Of a stretch of DNA of 64,000 bases, positions 27,038-41,790 are shown one piece after another (the stretch's first letter is position 1; each line of letters begins with the position of its first letter). The position numbers were made by a program, and so were the translations under genes. This stretch comes from Eledone cirrhosa (taxonomy: Eukaryota). The stretch covers positions 19,778,001 to 19,842,000 of the forward strand of contig OZ024765.1 of the NCBI GenBank assembly GCA_964016885.1. Direction: 5' to 3'. The notes beneath the pieces were generated by a model. The model searched no databases. It saw only the letters and a list, made by a program, of their open reading frames with translations, and was not told where the DNA came from.

Positions 27038-27122
27038 AATTAAAGCTATAAGAAGCACTATCAGCCAATACAAGCCTTACAATAACTATATATATACATA
27101 TATATACACATACATATATATA

Positions 27123-27851
27123 CAGTCGAGTCCGGTTAAGAGTATAGCCTGGGGAATGGAAAATAGTATACTCTTATCCGGATTAAGTAAAAATATTCCA
27201 TAGTATTATTATTTTGAGTCTTTCAATGATTAAAAATCGCTTTATTATTGTTTAAAATGCATTTATAAGTTAAAAAAATGAAAGTTACACCAAAAAATTC
27301 AACAAGAATTATTGCAAATTATAGATAAATTAAGCAATATTTCAACATATTGGTATACAATTTTTATTTCCTAAAAATAGTCCATAATGATTTTTTTGCA
27401 TTGGATTGCTCGCAATTTTTTTTTCAATCATTTCCTCGCTCTCAGACAGAGTATAAGTTTCAAAATTTTCAAATGATTGCATCATATAGGACTGCAATTG
27501 AATTTATTAGACAATTCATTTTGTGACTTGGCAGATTTCAATTCATTCAAAATAGCAATTTTTTGAGTAATGGATAAAGCAAAGCGTTTCAAAGACATTT
27601 TTATGACACAATGAATTATTATTTTTGTATTTGCATATATTAAACTTTAATTTGCTTTTAGAATGGTTGTATAAATGACATCATCGCATTTCATTTTGAA
27701 TTGTTTTAAAATGGTTATGATACATTATAAGCCCAATTTACTTTACCGTATTCATTACACTCTTATTCGGACTAAATTATATAGAAAATATATAAACGAG
27801 ATTTGATTATGCTATACTTTTATCTGATATACTCTTAAGCGGACTCGACTG
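27123..27851 (-). mobile_element. Internally deleted pogo/Tigger-type Tc1/mariner transposon
   Basis: 24-bp TIR CAGTCGAGTCCG(G/C)TTAAGAGTATA, TA TSD; remnants MSLKRFALSITQKIAILNELK (ATG at 27598) and C-terminal Q-K-x-IMDYF. Confidence 0.85.
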
Positions 27852-28133
27852 TATACATATATATATATATATTTGTGAATATATAAATATATTTATGTGT
27901 GTATATATCTATATAATTTAGTATACTGAATTTTGCAAATAAAGCAACTTCACCCATTCTGCACAACAGTAAACATACTAAATATTACATATCCTGTCTC
28001 ACCTCACCCTACATTAATATAGATATCTATGGCTACCCCACCATTACTTAACCCCCAACCCCCACAAGACTTGTCTACACCTTATCCCACTAATTAATTG
28101 TTAATTGCTTATCCACACTGATGTCTGCTCATG

Positions 28134-28134
<1 letters not shown>

Positions 28135-28171
<37 letters not shown>

Positions 28172-28519
28172 TTTCTTTTGCACACATATGCATACATACA
28201 AACATATATATATAATAAAATAAATAGATATGATTATTATTATTATTATTATATATATGTATGTATGTTTATATATATATATATATGCATATATACATAT
28301 ATACACATACATATATGTATGCACATATATATATATGTATATATACATATATGTATATATATGTATATATACATATATGTATATATATATACATATATAT
28401 GTATATATATGCATATATATCTATATATATACACATATATATACACATATATATTCACACACACACACATATATATATATATATACACATACACATACAT
28501 ATATATACATACACATTAG

Positions 28520-28563
<44 letters not shown>
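28135..28563. repeat. (TA)n/(CA)n microsatellite
   Basis: Direct inspection. Confidence 0.95.
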
Positions 28564-28568
<5 letters not shown>

Positions 28569-28903
28569 AAAAATATAAAAGAAAAACAAACAAAAAAAGA
28601 AACAAAAACACCGTAATTAACGCTTGCTAATTAATAATTAATAATTAATCCAAAACAAGCTGGGGATGATAAGTTACTTATTTAACTAATTAATCATGGC
28701 AACGCCTTAGACATTTCTTCGTCAATCCCCACTGTGATGGGTAGCACCCCACCCCCTTGAAATAATGAGAAATGTGATGATCAGCAGAAACTATAAAAAG
28801 GAAGCTCTAGCTCAGCCCAACCGTGGAACAGCCCCAGGGCCAGGTTCAATTCCTGGCCGAGGGTATATTGAATCATATTTAAGAGAAAAGACAAACATCT
28901 TAA

Positions 28904-30482
28904 CCCTTTAGCATTTAAACCGGCCAGAATTCTCTCAAATCGTTCTGTTCAAACCGGCTGTAACTGGCCACACATACTGATGTTAAGGTATTTTTCTCAA
29001 AATGAATAATATCAAAATCTCATAGATTCGATATTATGTGAGATAATTATGTGAGGTAAAGACTTTAATGTGAAAATACAATAGTATATATAGAGTAAAG
29101 TAAATGTTATGTGAGATATTATGTGAGGTAAAGACTTTAATGTGAAAATACAATAGTATATATAGAGTAAAGTAAATGTTATGTGAGATATTATGTGAGA
29201 TAAAGCCTTTACTGTGACAATACAATAGTATATATAGAGTAATGTAAATGTTATGTGAGATATTATGTGAGGTAAAGACTTTAATGTGAAAATACAATAG
29301 TATATATAGAGTAAAGTAAATGTTATGTGAGATATTATGTGAGGTAAAGCCTTTACTGTGAAAATACAATAGTATATATAGAGTAAAGTAAATGTTATGT
29401 GAGATATTATGTGAGGTAAAGCCTTTACTGTGAAAATACAATAGTATATATAGAGTAAAGTAAATGTTATGTGAGATATTATGTGAGGTAAAGCCTTTAC
29501 TGTGATAATACAATAGTATATATAGAGTAAAGTAAATGTTATGTGAGGTATTATGTGAGGTAAAGACTTTACTGTGAAAATACAATAGTATATATAGAGT
29601 AATGTAAATGTTATGTGAGATATTATGTGAGGTAAAGCCTTTACTGTGAAAATACAATAGTATATATAGAGTAAAGTAAATGTTATGTGAGATATTATGT
29701 GAGGTAAAGACTTTACTGTGAAAATACAATAGTATATATAGAGTAAAGTAAATGTTATGTGAGATATTATGTGAGGTAAAGCCTTTACTGTGACAATACA
29801 ATAGTATATATAGAGTAATGTAAATGTTATGTGAGATATTATGTGAGGTAAAGCCTTTACTGTGAAAATACAATAGTATATATAGAGTAAAGTAAATGTT
29901 ATGTGAGATATTATGTGAGGTAAAGACTTTACTGTGAAAATACAATAGTATATATAGAGTAAAGTAAATGTTATGTGAGATATTATGTGAGGTAAAGCCT
30001 TTACTGTGACAATACAATAGTATATATAGAGTAATGTAAATGTTATGTGAGATATTATGTGAGGTAAAGCCTTTACTGTGAAAATACAATAGTATATATA
30101 GAGTAATGTAAATGTTATGTGAGATATTATGTGAGGTAAAGCCTTTACTGTGAAAATACAATAGTATATATAGAGTAATGTAAATGTTATGTGAGATATT
30201 ATGTGAGGTAAAGACTTTACTGTGACAATACAATAGTATATATAGAGTAATGTAAATGTTATGTGAGATATTATGTGAGGTAAAGACTTTACTGTGACAA
30301 TACAATAGTATATATAGAGTAATGTAAATGTTATGTGAGATATTATGTGAGGTAAAGCCTTTACTGTGAAAATACAATAGTATATATAGAGTAATGTAAA
30401 TGTTATGTGAGATATTATGTGAGGTAAAGCCTTTACTGTGAAAATACAATAGTATATATAGAGTAATCTAAATGCTAAAAGG
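28904..30482. mobile_element. piggyBac-type non-autonomous element carrying a 72-bp array (~20 units, 29035-30465)
   Basis: TTAA|CCCTTTAGCATTTA ... TAAATGCTAAAAGG|TTAA. Confidence 0.8.
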
Positions 30483-30617
30483 TTAATAGCCGTAGCCATA
30501 TTTCTAATGATAGCCACTGACTATGGTTTTCAAGTAATTTTGAAAATAATCAAGACTTTTGTGGTATTTGGAACATAACTCAACAAAGGTTAGATATAAA
30601 AGGTTTAGATATAAAGA

Positions 30618-30752
30618 ACCAGTGCATTACTGGTACTTTATTTTATCGACCCCCGTAACGATGGTTCGATTTAAACTCAAATCGTAAAGGGCCGTAACTC
30701 TATGCTGCAAAGCATGGCGTCCAACCCTCTACTGATTCTGCCAATCCACTAC
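30618..30752 (-). mobile_element. SINE-M, internally deleted
   Basis: Reverse complement of head and core fragments. Confidence 0.7.
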
Positions 30753-30951
30753 CCTGGAAGATTTTTAGATAAATATAAACACTATGAAATAAAAATAGAG
30801 GTGGCGTCAGGTGGTTTGGAACATAACTTAACAGAGGTTGTGTTACGTCCTTATGGATAAACGAATACACTGCAACAGTGTAATAACAATATAATCGAAA
30901 CAAATGGCAATAACCACACGTAACAGAACAACAATCTTTTAAGAACTAACA

Positions 30952-33870
30952 ATCCAACATACCAACTGTGGAACTAGTACCAACTTTGACTATCAACACA
31001 CCAACTGTGGAACTAGTACCAACTTTGACTATCAACACAGTAACTGTGGAACTAGTACCATTGTTGACTATCAACACAGTAACTGTGGAACTAGTACCAA
31101 CTTTGACTATCAACACACCAACTGTGGAACTAGTACCAACTTTGACTATCAACACACCAACTGTGGAACTAGTACCAACTTTGACTATCAACACAGTAAC
31201 TGTGGAACTAGTACCAACTTTGACTATCAACACACCAACTGTGGAACTAGTACCAACTTTGACTATCAACACACCAACTGTGGAACTAGTACCAACTTTG
31301 ACTATCAACACAGTAACTGTGGAACTAGTACCAACTTTGACTATCAACACACCAACTGTGGAACTAGTACCAACTTTGACTATCAACACACCAACTGTGG
31401 AACTAGTACCAACTTTGACTATCAACACAGTAACTGTGGAACTAGTACCAACTTTGACTATCAACACACCAACTGTGGAACTAGTACCAACTTTGACTAT
31501 CAACACACCAACTGTGGAACTAGTACCAACTTTGACTATCAACACAGTAACTGTGGAACTAGTACCAACTTTGACTATCAACACACCAACTGTGGAACTA
31601 GTACCAACTTTGACTATCAACACACCAACTGTGGAACTAGTACCAACTTTGACTATCAACACAGTAACTGTGGAACTAGTACCAACTTTGACTATCAACA
31701 CACCAACTGTGGAACTAGTACCAACTTTGACTATCAACACACCAACTGTGGAACTAGTACCAACTTTGACTATCAACACAGTAACTGTGGAACTAGTACC
31801 AACTTTGACTATCAACACACCAACTGTGGAACTAGTACCAACTTTGACTATCAACACAGTAACTGTGGAACTAGTACCAACTTTGACTATCAACACACCA
31901 ACTGTGGAACTAGTACCAACTTTGACTATCAACACACCAACTGTGGAACTAGTACCAACTTTGACTATCAACACAGTAACTGTGGAACTAGTACCAACTT
32001 TGACTATCAACACACCAACTGTGGAACTAGTACCAACTTTGACTATCAACACACCAACTGTGGAACTAGTACCAACTTTGACTATCAACACAGTAACTGT
32101 GGAACTAGTACCAACTTTGACTATCAACACACCAACTGTGGAACTAGTACCAACTTTGACTATCAACACACCAACTGTGGAACTAGTACCAACTTTGACT
32201 ATCAACACAGTAACTGTGGAACTAGTACCAACTTTGACTATCAACACACCAACTGTGGAACTAGTACCAACTTTGACTATCAACACACCAACTGTGGAAC
32301 TAGTACCAACTTTGACTATCAACACAGTAACTGTGGAACTAGTACCAACTTTGACTATCAACACACCAACTGTGGAACTAGTACCAACTTTGACTATCAA
32401 CACACCAACTGTGGAACTAGTACCAACTTTGACTATCAACACAGTAACTGTGGAACTAGTACCAACTTTGACTATCAACACACCAACTGTGGAACTAGTA
32501 CCAACTTTGACTATCAACACAGTAACTGTGGAACTAGTACCAACTTTGACTATCAACACACCAACTGTGGAACTAGTACCAACTTTGACTATCAACACAG
32601 TAACTGTGGAACTAGTACCAACTTTGACTATCAACACACCAACTGTGGAACTAGTACCAACTTTGACTATCAACACAGTAACTGTGGAACTAGTACCAAC
32701 TTTGACTATCAACACACCAACTGTGGAACTAGTACCAACTTTGACTATCAACACACCAACTGTGGAACTAGTACCAACTTTGACTATCAACACAGTAACT
32801 GTGGAACTAGTACCAACTTTGACTATCAACACACCAACTGTGGAACTAGTACCAACTTTGACTATCAACACACCAACTGTGGAACTAGTACCAACTTTGA
32901 CTATCAACACAGTAACTGTGGAACTAGTACCAACTTTGACTATCAACACACCAACTGTGGAACTAGTACCAACTTTGACTATCAACACACCAACTGTGGA
33001 ACTAGTACCAACTTTGACTATCAACACAGTAACTGTGGAACTAGTACCAACTTTGACTATCAACACACCAACTGTGGAACTAGTACCAACTTTGACTATC
33101 AACACAGTAACTGTGGAACTAGTACCAACTTTGACTATCAACACACCAACTGTGGAACTAGTACCAACTTTGACTATCAACACACCAACTGTGGAACTAG
33201 TACCAACTTTGACTATCAACACAGTAACTGTGGAACTAGTACCAACTTTGACTATCAACACACCAACTGTGGAACTAGTACCAACTTTGACTATCAACAC
33301 ACCAACTGTGGAACTAGTACCAACTTTGACTATCAACACACCAACTGTGGAACTAGTACCAACTTTGACTATCAACACAGTAACTGTGGAACTAGTACCA
33401 ACTTTGACTATCAACACACCAACTGTGGAACTAGTACCAACTTTGACTATCAACACAGTAACTGTGGAACTAGTACCAACTTTGACTATCAACACACCAA
33501 CTGTGGAACTAGTACCAACTTTGACTATCAACACACCAACTGTGGAACTAGTACCAACTTTGACTATCAACACAGTAACTGTGGAACTAGTACCAACTTT
33601 AACTATCAACACACCAACTGTGGAACTAGTACCAACTTTGACTATCAACACACCAACTGTGGAATTAGTACCAACTTTGACTATCAGCACACCAACTGTG
33701 GAACTAGTACCAACTTTGACTATCAACACACCAGCTGTGGAACTAGTACCAACTTTGACTATCAACACAGTAACTGTGGAACTAGTACCAACTTTGACTA
33801 TCAACACACCAACTGTGGAACTAGTACCAACTTTGACTATCAACACAGTAACTGTGGAACTAGTACCAAT
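30952..33870. repeat. 39-bp satellite (~75 units) with two variants in mostly 117-bp higher-order period
   Basis: Unit (CC/GT)AACTGTGGAACTAGTACCAACTTTGACTATCAACACA. Confidence 0.97.
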
Positions 33871-34000
33871 TTGCCCTCTTACTCAGACCGTTGCTATTTA
33901 TATGTAGTGGTCCAGCCCATTCTCGCTAGGGGCTGGCGTTGTACTCTCGCACAACAAGTTGTTACATAAAATTATGATAAAAGGCTTTTAGATAAATATA

Positions 34001-35466
34001 CCGTATTTCCCGACACCGAAGGCGCTTCGCCCTTCAAGATGCACCCTAATTTTGAGAAACATCATCATCATCATCGTTTTACGTCCGTTCTTCCATGCTA
34101 GCATGGGTTAGACGGGCTGTCTTGTTGTCGGCTGACCATGTCTTGCTCATACGGGAACTGATTCTGGCTTGATTTCTACAGCTGGATGCTATCCTAACAC
34201 CAACCTCGTTTACAGTGTGGGCTGGGGGCTTTTTTGCCGTGGCACCTCCACGTCCACTTTACAGTGAGTGCTGGGTGCTTTTTTGCCGTGGCACCCCCAC
34301 GTCCACTTTACAGTGAGTGCTGGGTGCTTTTTTGCCGTGGCACCTCCATGTCCACTTTACAGTGAGTGCCTGGTGCTTTTTTGCCGTGGCACCTCCACGT
34401 CCACTTTACAGTGAGTGCTGGGTGCTTTTTTGCCGTGGCACCTCCACGTCCACTTTACAGTGAGTGCTGTGTGCTTTTTTCCGTGGCGCCTACACAACCA
34501 CTTTACAGTGTGGGCTGTGTGCTTTTTTCCGTGGCGCCTACACAACCACTTTACAGTGTGGGCTGGGTGCTTTTTTCCGTGGCGCCTACACAACCACTTT
34601 ACAGTGAGTGCTGGGTGCTTTTTTCCGTGGCGCCTACACATCCACTTTACAGTGAGTGCTAGGTGCTTTTTTCCGTGGCGCCTACACATCCACTTTACAG
34701 TGTGGGCTGGGTGCTTTTTTCCGTGGCGCCTACACAACCACTTTACAGTGAGTGCTGGGTGCTTTTTTCCGTGGCGCCTACACATCCACTTTTCAGTGAG
34801 TGCTGGGTGCTTTTTTCCGTGGCGCCTACACATCCACTTTACAGTGAGTGCTGGGTGCTTTTTTCCGTGGCGCCTACACATCCACTTTACAGTGAGTGCT
34901 GGGTGCTTTTTTCCGTGGCGCCTACACATCCACTTTACAGTGAGTGCTGGATGCTTTTTTCCGTGGCGCCTACACATCCACTTTACAATGAGTGCTGGGT
35001 GCTTTTTTCCGTGGCGCCTACACAACCACTTTACAGTGTGGGCTGGGTGCTTTTTTCCGTGGCGCCTACACATCCACTTTACAATGAGTGCTGGGTGCTT
35101 TTTTCCGTGGCGCCTACACAACCACTTTACAGTGTGGGCTGGGTGCTTTTTTCACAGTGGGAGGAGGTGGGCTCATATTGTCTATGATCATACTTCAGCT
35201 TCGGCTTGTACCCGTGGGGGGGGGGTCTTCTGTAGTACTGCGTGACGCCAGAGGTCACGGTCGTGTGTCATTGCTCTTGAGAGGTGCAATTGGGTAAGGT
35301 CAGCCTTTATCACCTCATCCCAGGTCTTCTTGGGTCTCCCCACTCCGCGGCTTCCATCGACTTCTTTGAAAAAAATAATAAACAACCTTTGCCCTCCAGG
35401 ACGCATGGTAGATTTTTTAGACTTATTTTAGGAAAGAAATAGCGCCTTTGATGCTCGGAAATATGG
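34001..35466. mobile_element. pogo/Tc1-type MITE split by an RTE-B insertion
   Basis: TA|CCGTATTTCCCGACACCGAAGGCGCT ... AGCGCCTTTGATGCTCGGAAATATGG|TA; related partial copy 50680-50810. Confidence 0.7.
34060..35364 (-). mobile_element. 5'-truncated RTE-B with 48/49-bp array (~19 units, 34210-35150)
   Basis: EVDGSRGVGRPKKTWDEVIKADL; (CAT)n tail; TSD-like TTTGAGAAA/TTTGAAAAA. Confidence 0.9.
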
Positions 35467-35760
35467 TAGTTATGTTAAAATAAACAGCTTTGTATGAGAG
35501 AATGAAGGGTGATTTCATAGGAAAAGACTGCATGTATTAAGTAGCTCAACCAATACCTAGTGTTTCATAAAACACACCGCATCAGTGAGACAACAGCAGG
35601 TAGGGCTTTTGTAAGACATAAAAGTAACATACCTTAATTACCAGCTTCCTGTATCATACAGCACCTTCACAGGTAAACACACACACACACACATACACAC
35701 ACACACATTTTGGTGCAAATGAATATGCCAGCTTAGACATCAGAATATACAAACAGACAC

Positions 35761-36522
35761 ATGTGTGATATATATATGTGTGTGTATGTATATATATATA
35801 TATATGTATATATATGTGTTTCTGTCTGTGTGTGTGTGTGTGTGTGTTTCTGTGTGTCAGTGTGTGTGTTTGTGTGTGTTAGTGTGTGTATGTGTGTTTG
35901 TGTCTGTGTGTATGTTTGTGTGTTAGTGTGTGTGTTTGTGTATGTGTGTGTGTGTGTAAGTGTGTTAGTGTGTTAGTGTATGTGTGTGTTAGTGTGTATG
36001 AGTGTGTAAGTGTGTTAGTGTGTTAGTGTCTGTGTTAGTGTGTGTGTGTCTGTGTGTTAGTGTCTGTGTTAGTGTGTGTGTGTGTCTGTGTGTTAGTGTC
36101 TGTGTGTGTATTAGTGTGTTAGTGTCTGTGTTAGTGTGTGTGTCTGTGTGTGTGTTTGTGTCTGTGTGTGTGTGTGTTTCTATGTGTCAGTGTGTGTGTT
36201 AGTGTGTATGTGTATGTGTTTATGTCTGTGTGTATGTTTGTGTGTTAGTGTCTGTGTGTGTATGTGTGTGTGTAAGTGTGTTAGTGTGTTAGTGTCTGTG
36301 TGTGTGTTAGTGTGTTAGTGTCTGTGTTAGTGTGTGTATGTCTGTGTGTTAGTGTGTGTGTGTGTGCGTGTGTGTTAGTGTGTGTGTCTGTGTGTGTGTT
36401 AGTGTGTTAGTGTGTGTGTGTGTGTGTTAGTGTCTGTGTGTGTGCGTGTGTGTTAGTGTGTGTGTCTGTGTGTGTGTTAGTGTCTGTGTGTGTGTTAGTG
36501 TGTTAGTGTGTGTGTGTGAGTG
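35761..36522. repeat. Degenerate (TG)n with GTGTTAGT/GTGTCT motifs
   Basis: Direct inspection. Confidence 0.95.
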
Positions 36523-36644
36523 TATATACTTTTATGTATTTGTTTTGCAAGATTCTTGATGTGAGATTGTGTGCTGAAACTGATATTGTTATATTTGGGA
36601 AGAAGAAGAAGACCTGAGTACAATAGATTTCTTCTAGAGAGAGG

Positions 36645-36745
36645 AAGAATCGACCCCAGTACTAAACTGGTACTTTCTTTTATCAACCTCAAAAGGATGA
36701 AAGGCAAAGTTGATCACAGCGGGATTTAAACTCAGAGAACCGGAA
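36645..36745 (-). mobile_element. SINE-M fragment
   Basis: GGATGAAAGGCAAAGTTGA..GGGATTTAAACTCAG. Confidence 0.7.
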
Positions 36746-36754
36746 CAAATACCA

Positions 36755-36792
<38 letters not shown>

Positions 36793-37215
36793 ACGAAGGA
36801 AATGTGGTAAGGAACCAGGTGGACCATAACGCACCAAAGTACTCAATACTTAGGGTAGTAGAGTGGGTAATAGGAACGAGTAGGACCCCGACAGCCGAGC
36901 TCAAGCCGTTTCGACGGCTAATTCTGGACTAATTCAGTCCAGAATTAGCCGTCGAAACTGCTTGAGCTCAGCCGTCGGGGTCTTACTGGTTCCTATATAT
37001 ATATATATATATATATAGGAACCAGTAAGACCCCGACAGCTGAGCTCAAGCCGTTTCGACGGCTAATTCTTGCAGAAACTTGCAGAATTAGCCGTCGAAA
37101 CGGCTTGAGCTCAGCTGTCGGGGTCTTACTGGTTCCTATTACCCACTCTACTACTTCAAGTATTGAGTACTTTGGTGCGTTATGGTCCACCTGGTTCCTT
37201 ACCACATTTCCTTCG

Positions 37216-37218
<3 letters not shown>
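36793..37218. mobile_element. Two family-F fold-backs in opposite orientation joined by (TA)n
   Basis: 36793-36994 and 37017-37218 are reverse complements apart from their central spacers. Confidence 0.8.
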
Positions 37219-37253
<35 letters not shown>

Positions 37254-37255
<2 letters not shown>

Positions 37256-37536
37256 TCAGACCGGGTGATGTGTTGTTTCCTTGAGCAAGGCACTTTATTT
37301 CACATTGCTCCAGTTTACTCAGCTGTAAAAATGAGATGATAGGGACTGGGGTCCCTATCATTCCACTGCAAATTGGTCGTGGAGGTGCCACGGCAAAAAA
37401 GCACCCATCACTCAATGTAAATGAGGTTGGTGTTAGGAAGGGCATCCAGCTGTAGAAATCAAGCCAGAATCAGTTCCCGTCCCACCCTTGCAAGCAGGGA
37501 AAAGTGGACGTAAAATGAAATGATGATGAATGATGA
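37254..37536 (+). mobile_element. SINE-C, 5'-truncated, RTE-A tail
   Basis: Homology to 15776 copy. Confidence 0.85.
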
Positions 37537-37552
37537 TATATGTATATATATA

Positions 37553-37900
37553 TATTAATATTAATTCAAAATATTAACAAAAATAGACATTCGTGTGATC
37601 AAGTATATTTTATTATACATATTTCAGAGGTACTGAGGACTACCATGACTGAATCTTAACCATCTACTAAGTCAGGGTATGTCATGCATCATCTTATTTT
37701 ATCTGATGAGGACGTACTGTTGAAGATAGCTCAGTACCTCTGAAATATGTATAATAAAATATACTTGATCACACGAATGTCTATTTTTGTTAATATTTTG
37801 AATTAATATTAATAACTCCGGAAAACCATAACTGTTGAGTGCTTCCAATCTATTGCAAAACTCATTCTTTGATTTATTCATTGAACCTTGTTTAACCTTT
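37553..37900 (+). mobile_element. Family H3 element with inverted 5' segment
   Basis: 37553-37637 reverse-complements 37730-37813; (TA)n flanks; homologous to 16130-16400. Confidence 0.8.
37695..37761 (+). ncRNA. Type I hammerhead ribozyme (H3)
   Basis: UAUUUUAU-CUGAUGA-GGACGUACUG-12 nt-CAGUACCUCU-GAA-AUAUGUAU-A-AUAAAAUA. Confidence 0.85.
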
Positions 37901-37904
37901 AAAT

Positions 37905-37959
<55 letters not shown>

Positions 37960-38026
37960 AGTAGTAAGTATGTTTTGAAACAGCGAGCGAGTTTGAAATT
38001 AGAAATAGAAGCTTTCACCATATTTA

Positions 38027-38180
38027 TTACTAAAGACATTTTAGCCTGTTAGAGGGGTTTAGAACCCTCTGAGAAGTAAAAAAAGATGAGTATTGATGTA
38101 CAAATACGTCAATACTCATCTTTTTCATTTCTTTGAGTGTTCTAAACCCCTCTAGCAGGCTAAAATGTCTTTAGTAAAAT
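38027..38180. repeat. Imperfect fold-back (~70-bp arms)
   Basis: TTACTAAAGACATTTTAGCCTG.. / ..CAGGCTAAAATGTCTTTAGTAA. Confidence 0.7.
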
Positions 38181-38500
38181 ATATAAATTACACAAATATC
38201 AAAGTTATGTTTAAAACATTTAATTGCTGACAATCGTTTCTTCCAAACTTTCGTTTGTAATCATCTGAGCATTATCAATGTTTGTACATATAATTAACCT
38301 CCTATTCAACTGAATAATCATTCATTGACCTGCGCATGTATTGTTTTTTGGCAGTAATCTCCTTCCTCCTATTTTCGAGACAGTGTGAGATTTTCTTTAG
38401 AACTGCTGGACTAACAACCTAGCAGCTCCCTCAAGAACTGATGGTGATTATCGCTAAATATTGATGTCGATTTGGTTATCAATATTAATATTATTGGGCA

Positions 38501-38627
38501 CCCACTGAAGAATTATAAGAGTCCACTTGAATAAGTATCTGTTGATCTTATACAAGCTTCTACATAAATTGGTATAATTTCAGCCAACTTGTAGAAATCT
38601 TATAGTGAAACGAGACGTCCGTCTGGG
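38501..38627 (+). ncRNA. Type I hammerhead ribozyme with branched 77-nt insertion in helix II (H6)
   Basis: CCCA-CUGAAGA-AUUAUAAGA-[77 nt]-UCUUAUAGU-GAA-ACG-AGACGUC-CGU-C-UGGG; GUC site at 38621-38623. Confidence 0.75.
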
Positions 38628-38734
38628 AAGAGATATATTCGATATATCTCATATGAAATGATACAGCCAATTTTCCACACAATACAATTAGTTAGCACCC
38701 CGAACATTTAATTAGGAATATACTCTATAGCACT

Positions 38735-38858
38735 CGTCCCACCCTTGCAAGGGTGGGACGGGTGTTATTCAGCACAGCATCTCTCCACTTGTCACGGTCC
38801 TTCGTCATCTCCACCGTGAGCTTCAGCGATCTGAGGTCTGTTCTCACCACCTCCGCCA
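38735..38858 (-). mobile_element. RTE-A 3' fragment
   Basis: Matches 23995-24110. Confidence 0.8.
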
Positions 38859-38968
38859 TTATATATATTTAATATCAATTGAATACTTACTCCAGAAATC
38901 TGTCGAGTGCTTTGAATCAGTTGTAAACATCTATATTTGTTGGATTTCCAACAAATTAAATATCTCTT

Positions 38969-40558
<1,590 letters not shown>

Positions 40559-40605
40559 CTCTCTATATATATATATACATATATATATACATATATATAT
40601 ATCTA

Positions 40606-40997
40606 ACTAGTGGTTAGAGCATTTGGGCTTGCAATCGAAAGGTTGTGAGTTCAATTCTCAGACCAGGTGATGTGTTGTTTCCTTGAGCAAGACACTTTAT
40701 TTCACATTGTTCCAGTTTACTCAGCTGTAGAAATGAGATGATAGGGACTGGGGTCCCTATCATTCCACTGCAAAGTGGTCGTGGAGGTGCCACGGAAAAA
40801 AAAAAGCACCCAGCACTCACTGTAAATGAGGTTGGTGTTAGGAAGGGCATCCAGCTGTAGAAATCAAGCCAGAATCAGTTCCCGTATGAGTAAGACAAGG
40901 TCAGCCGACCGGACACTTCCCACAACAGGACAACCCGTCGAACCCATGCTAGCGTGGAAGAACAGACGAAAAACGGTGATGATGATGATGATGATGA
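40606..40997 (+). mobile_element. SINE-C with RTE-B tail
   Basis: Continues AATCAGTTCCCGTATGAG..CCCATGCTAGCGTGGAAGAAC as in RTE-B 3' UTR. Confidence 0.9.
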
Positions 40998-41119
40998 TAT
41001 ATATATATATATATATATAAATATAATTTCAGCGAGATCGTATTTCGACGGTGGCCAAAACCAAAACGAAACGCAATCTTGAAGATATAACTGTGTTGTA
41101 TCATATGAAAGAATGGTAT

Positions 41120-41195
41120 TTAACTAATGTATTGGTACGCGATGGGGCCCACCCACAGCCCCGGCAGACAGAATGGAGAAGGCGTTTCCCCAACT
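41120..41195 (-). mobile_element. CRE-like 3' remnant
   Basis: GNAFSILSAGAVGGPHRV* matches the 17990-18060 terminus; abuts (TA)/(TG)n. Confidence 0.65.
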
Positions 41196-41196
41196 A

Positions 41197-41223
41197 ATAT
41201 ATATATGTGCGGGTGTGTATGTG

Positions 41224-41258
<35 letters not shown>

Positions 41259-41265
41259 ATATATT

Positions 41266-41329
<64 letters not shown>

Positions 41330-41411
41330 TGTGTGTGTGTATATACATATGTGTGTGTGTGTGTGTGTATATATATATGTGTGTGTGTGTATATATATAT
41401 ATGTGTGTGTG

Positions 41412-41463
<52 letters not shown>

Positions 41464-41529
41464 GATGTGTGTGTGTATATGTATATATATATATATATAT
41501 AGATGTGTGTGTGTGTGTATATATATATA

Positions 41530-41561
<32 letters not shown>

Positions 41562-41563
41562 GA

Positions 41564-41610
<47 letters not shown>

Positions 41611-41661
41611 GTATATATATATATAGATGTGTGTGTATGTGTGTGTATATATATATAGAGA

Positions 41662-41693
<32 letters not shown>

Positions 41694-41709
41694 GATGTGT
41701 GTGTGTGTG
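41197..41709. repeat. (TG)n/(TA)n microsatellite
   Basis: Direct inspection. Confidence 0.95.
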
Positions 41710-41776
41710 CCACTAGTCAAATACATCTGACACATCTTTCTGACATCTGTTCTACTCAGTAACTCAAACACTGTTA

Positions 41777-41790
41777 GTTTCTATGGTAAC
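41777..41790. promoter_or_regulatory. RFX X-box-like motif
   Basis: GTTTCTATGGTAAC in a short unique island; consensus match only. Confidence 0.25.

Noticed and set aside
28805-28862. tRNA gene (GGTTCAATTCC B-box)
   Set aside because: No full cloverleaf; likewise SINE heads at 11535, 23417 and 63736 are tRNA-derived, not tRNA genes
29012-30517. 501-aa and 471-aa hydrophobic repeat ORFs (also 43615-44813)
   Set aside because: 72-bp (3n) satellite inside a TIR element, open in several frames
35761-36522. Telomere-like TTAG repeats
   Set aside because: Motif is GTGTTAGT within (TG)n, not TTAGGG
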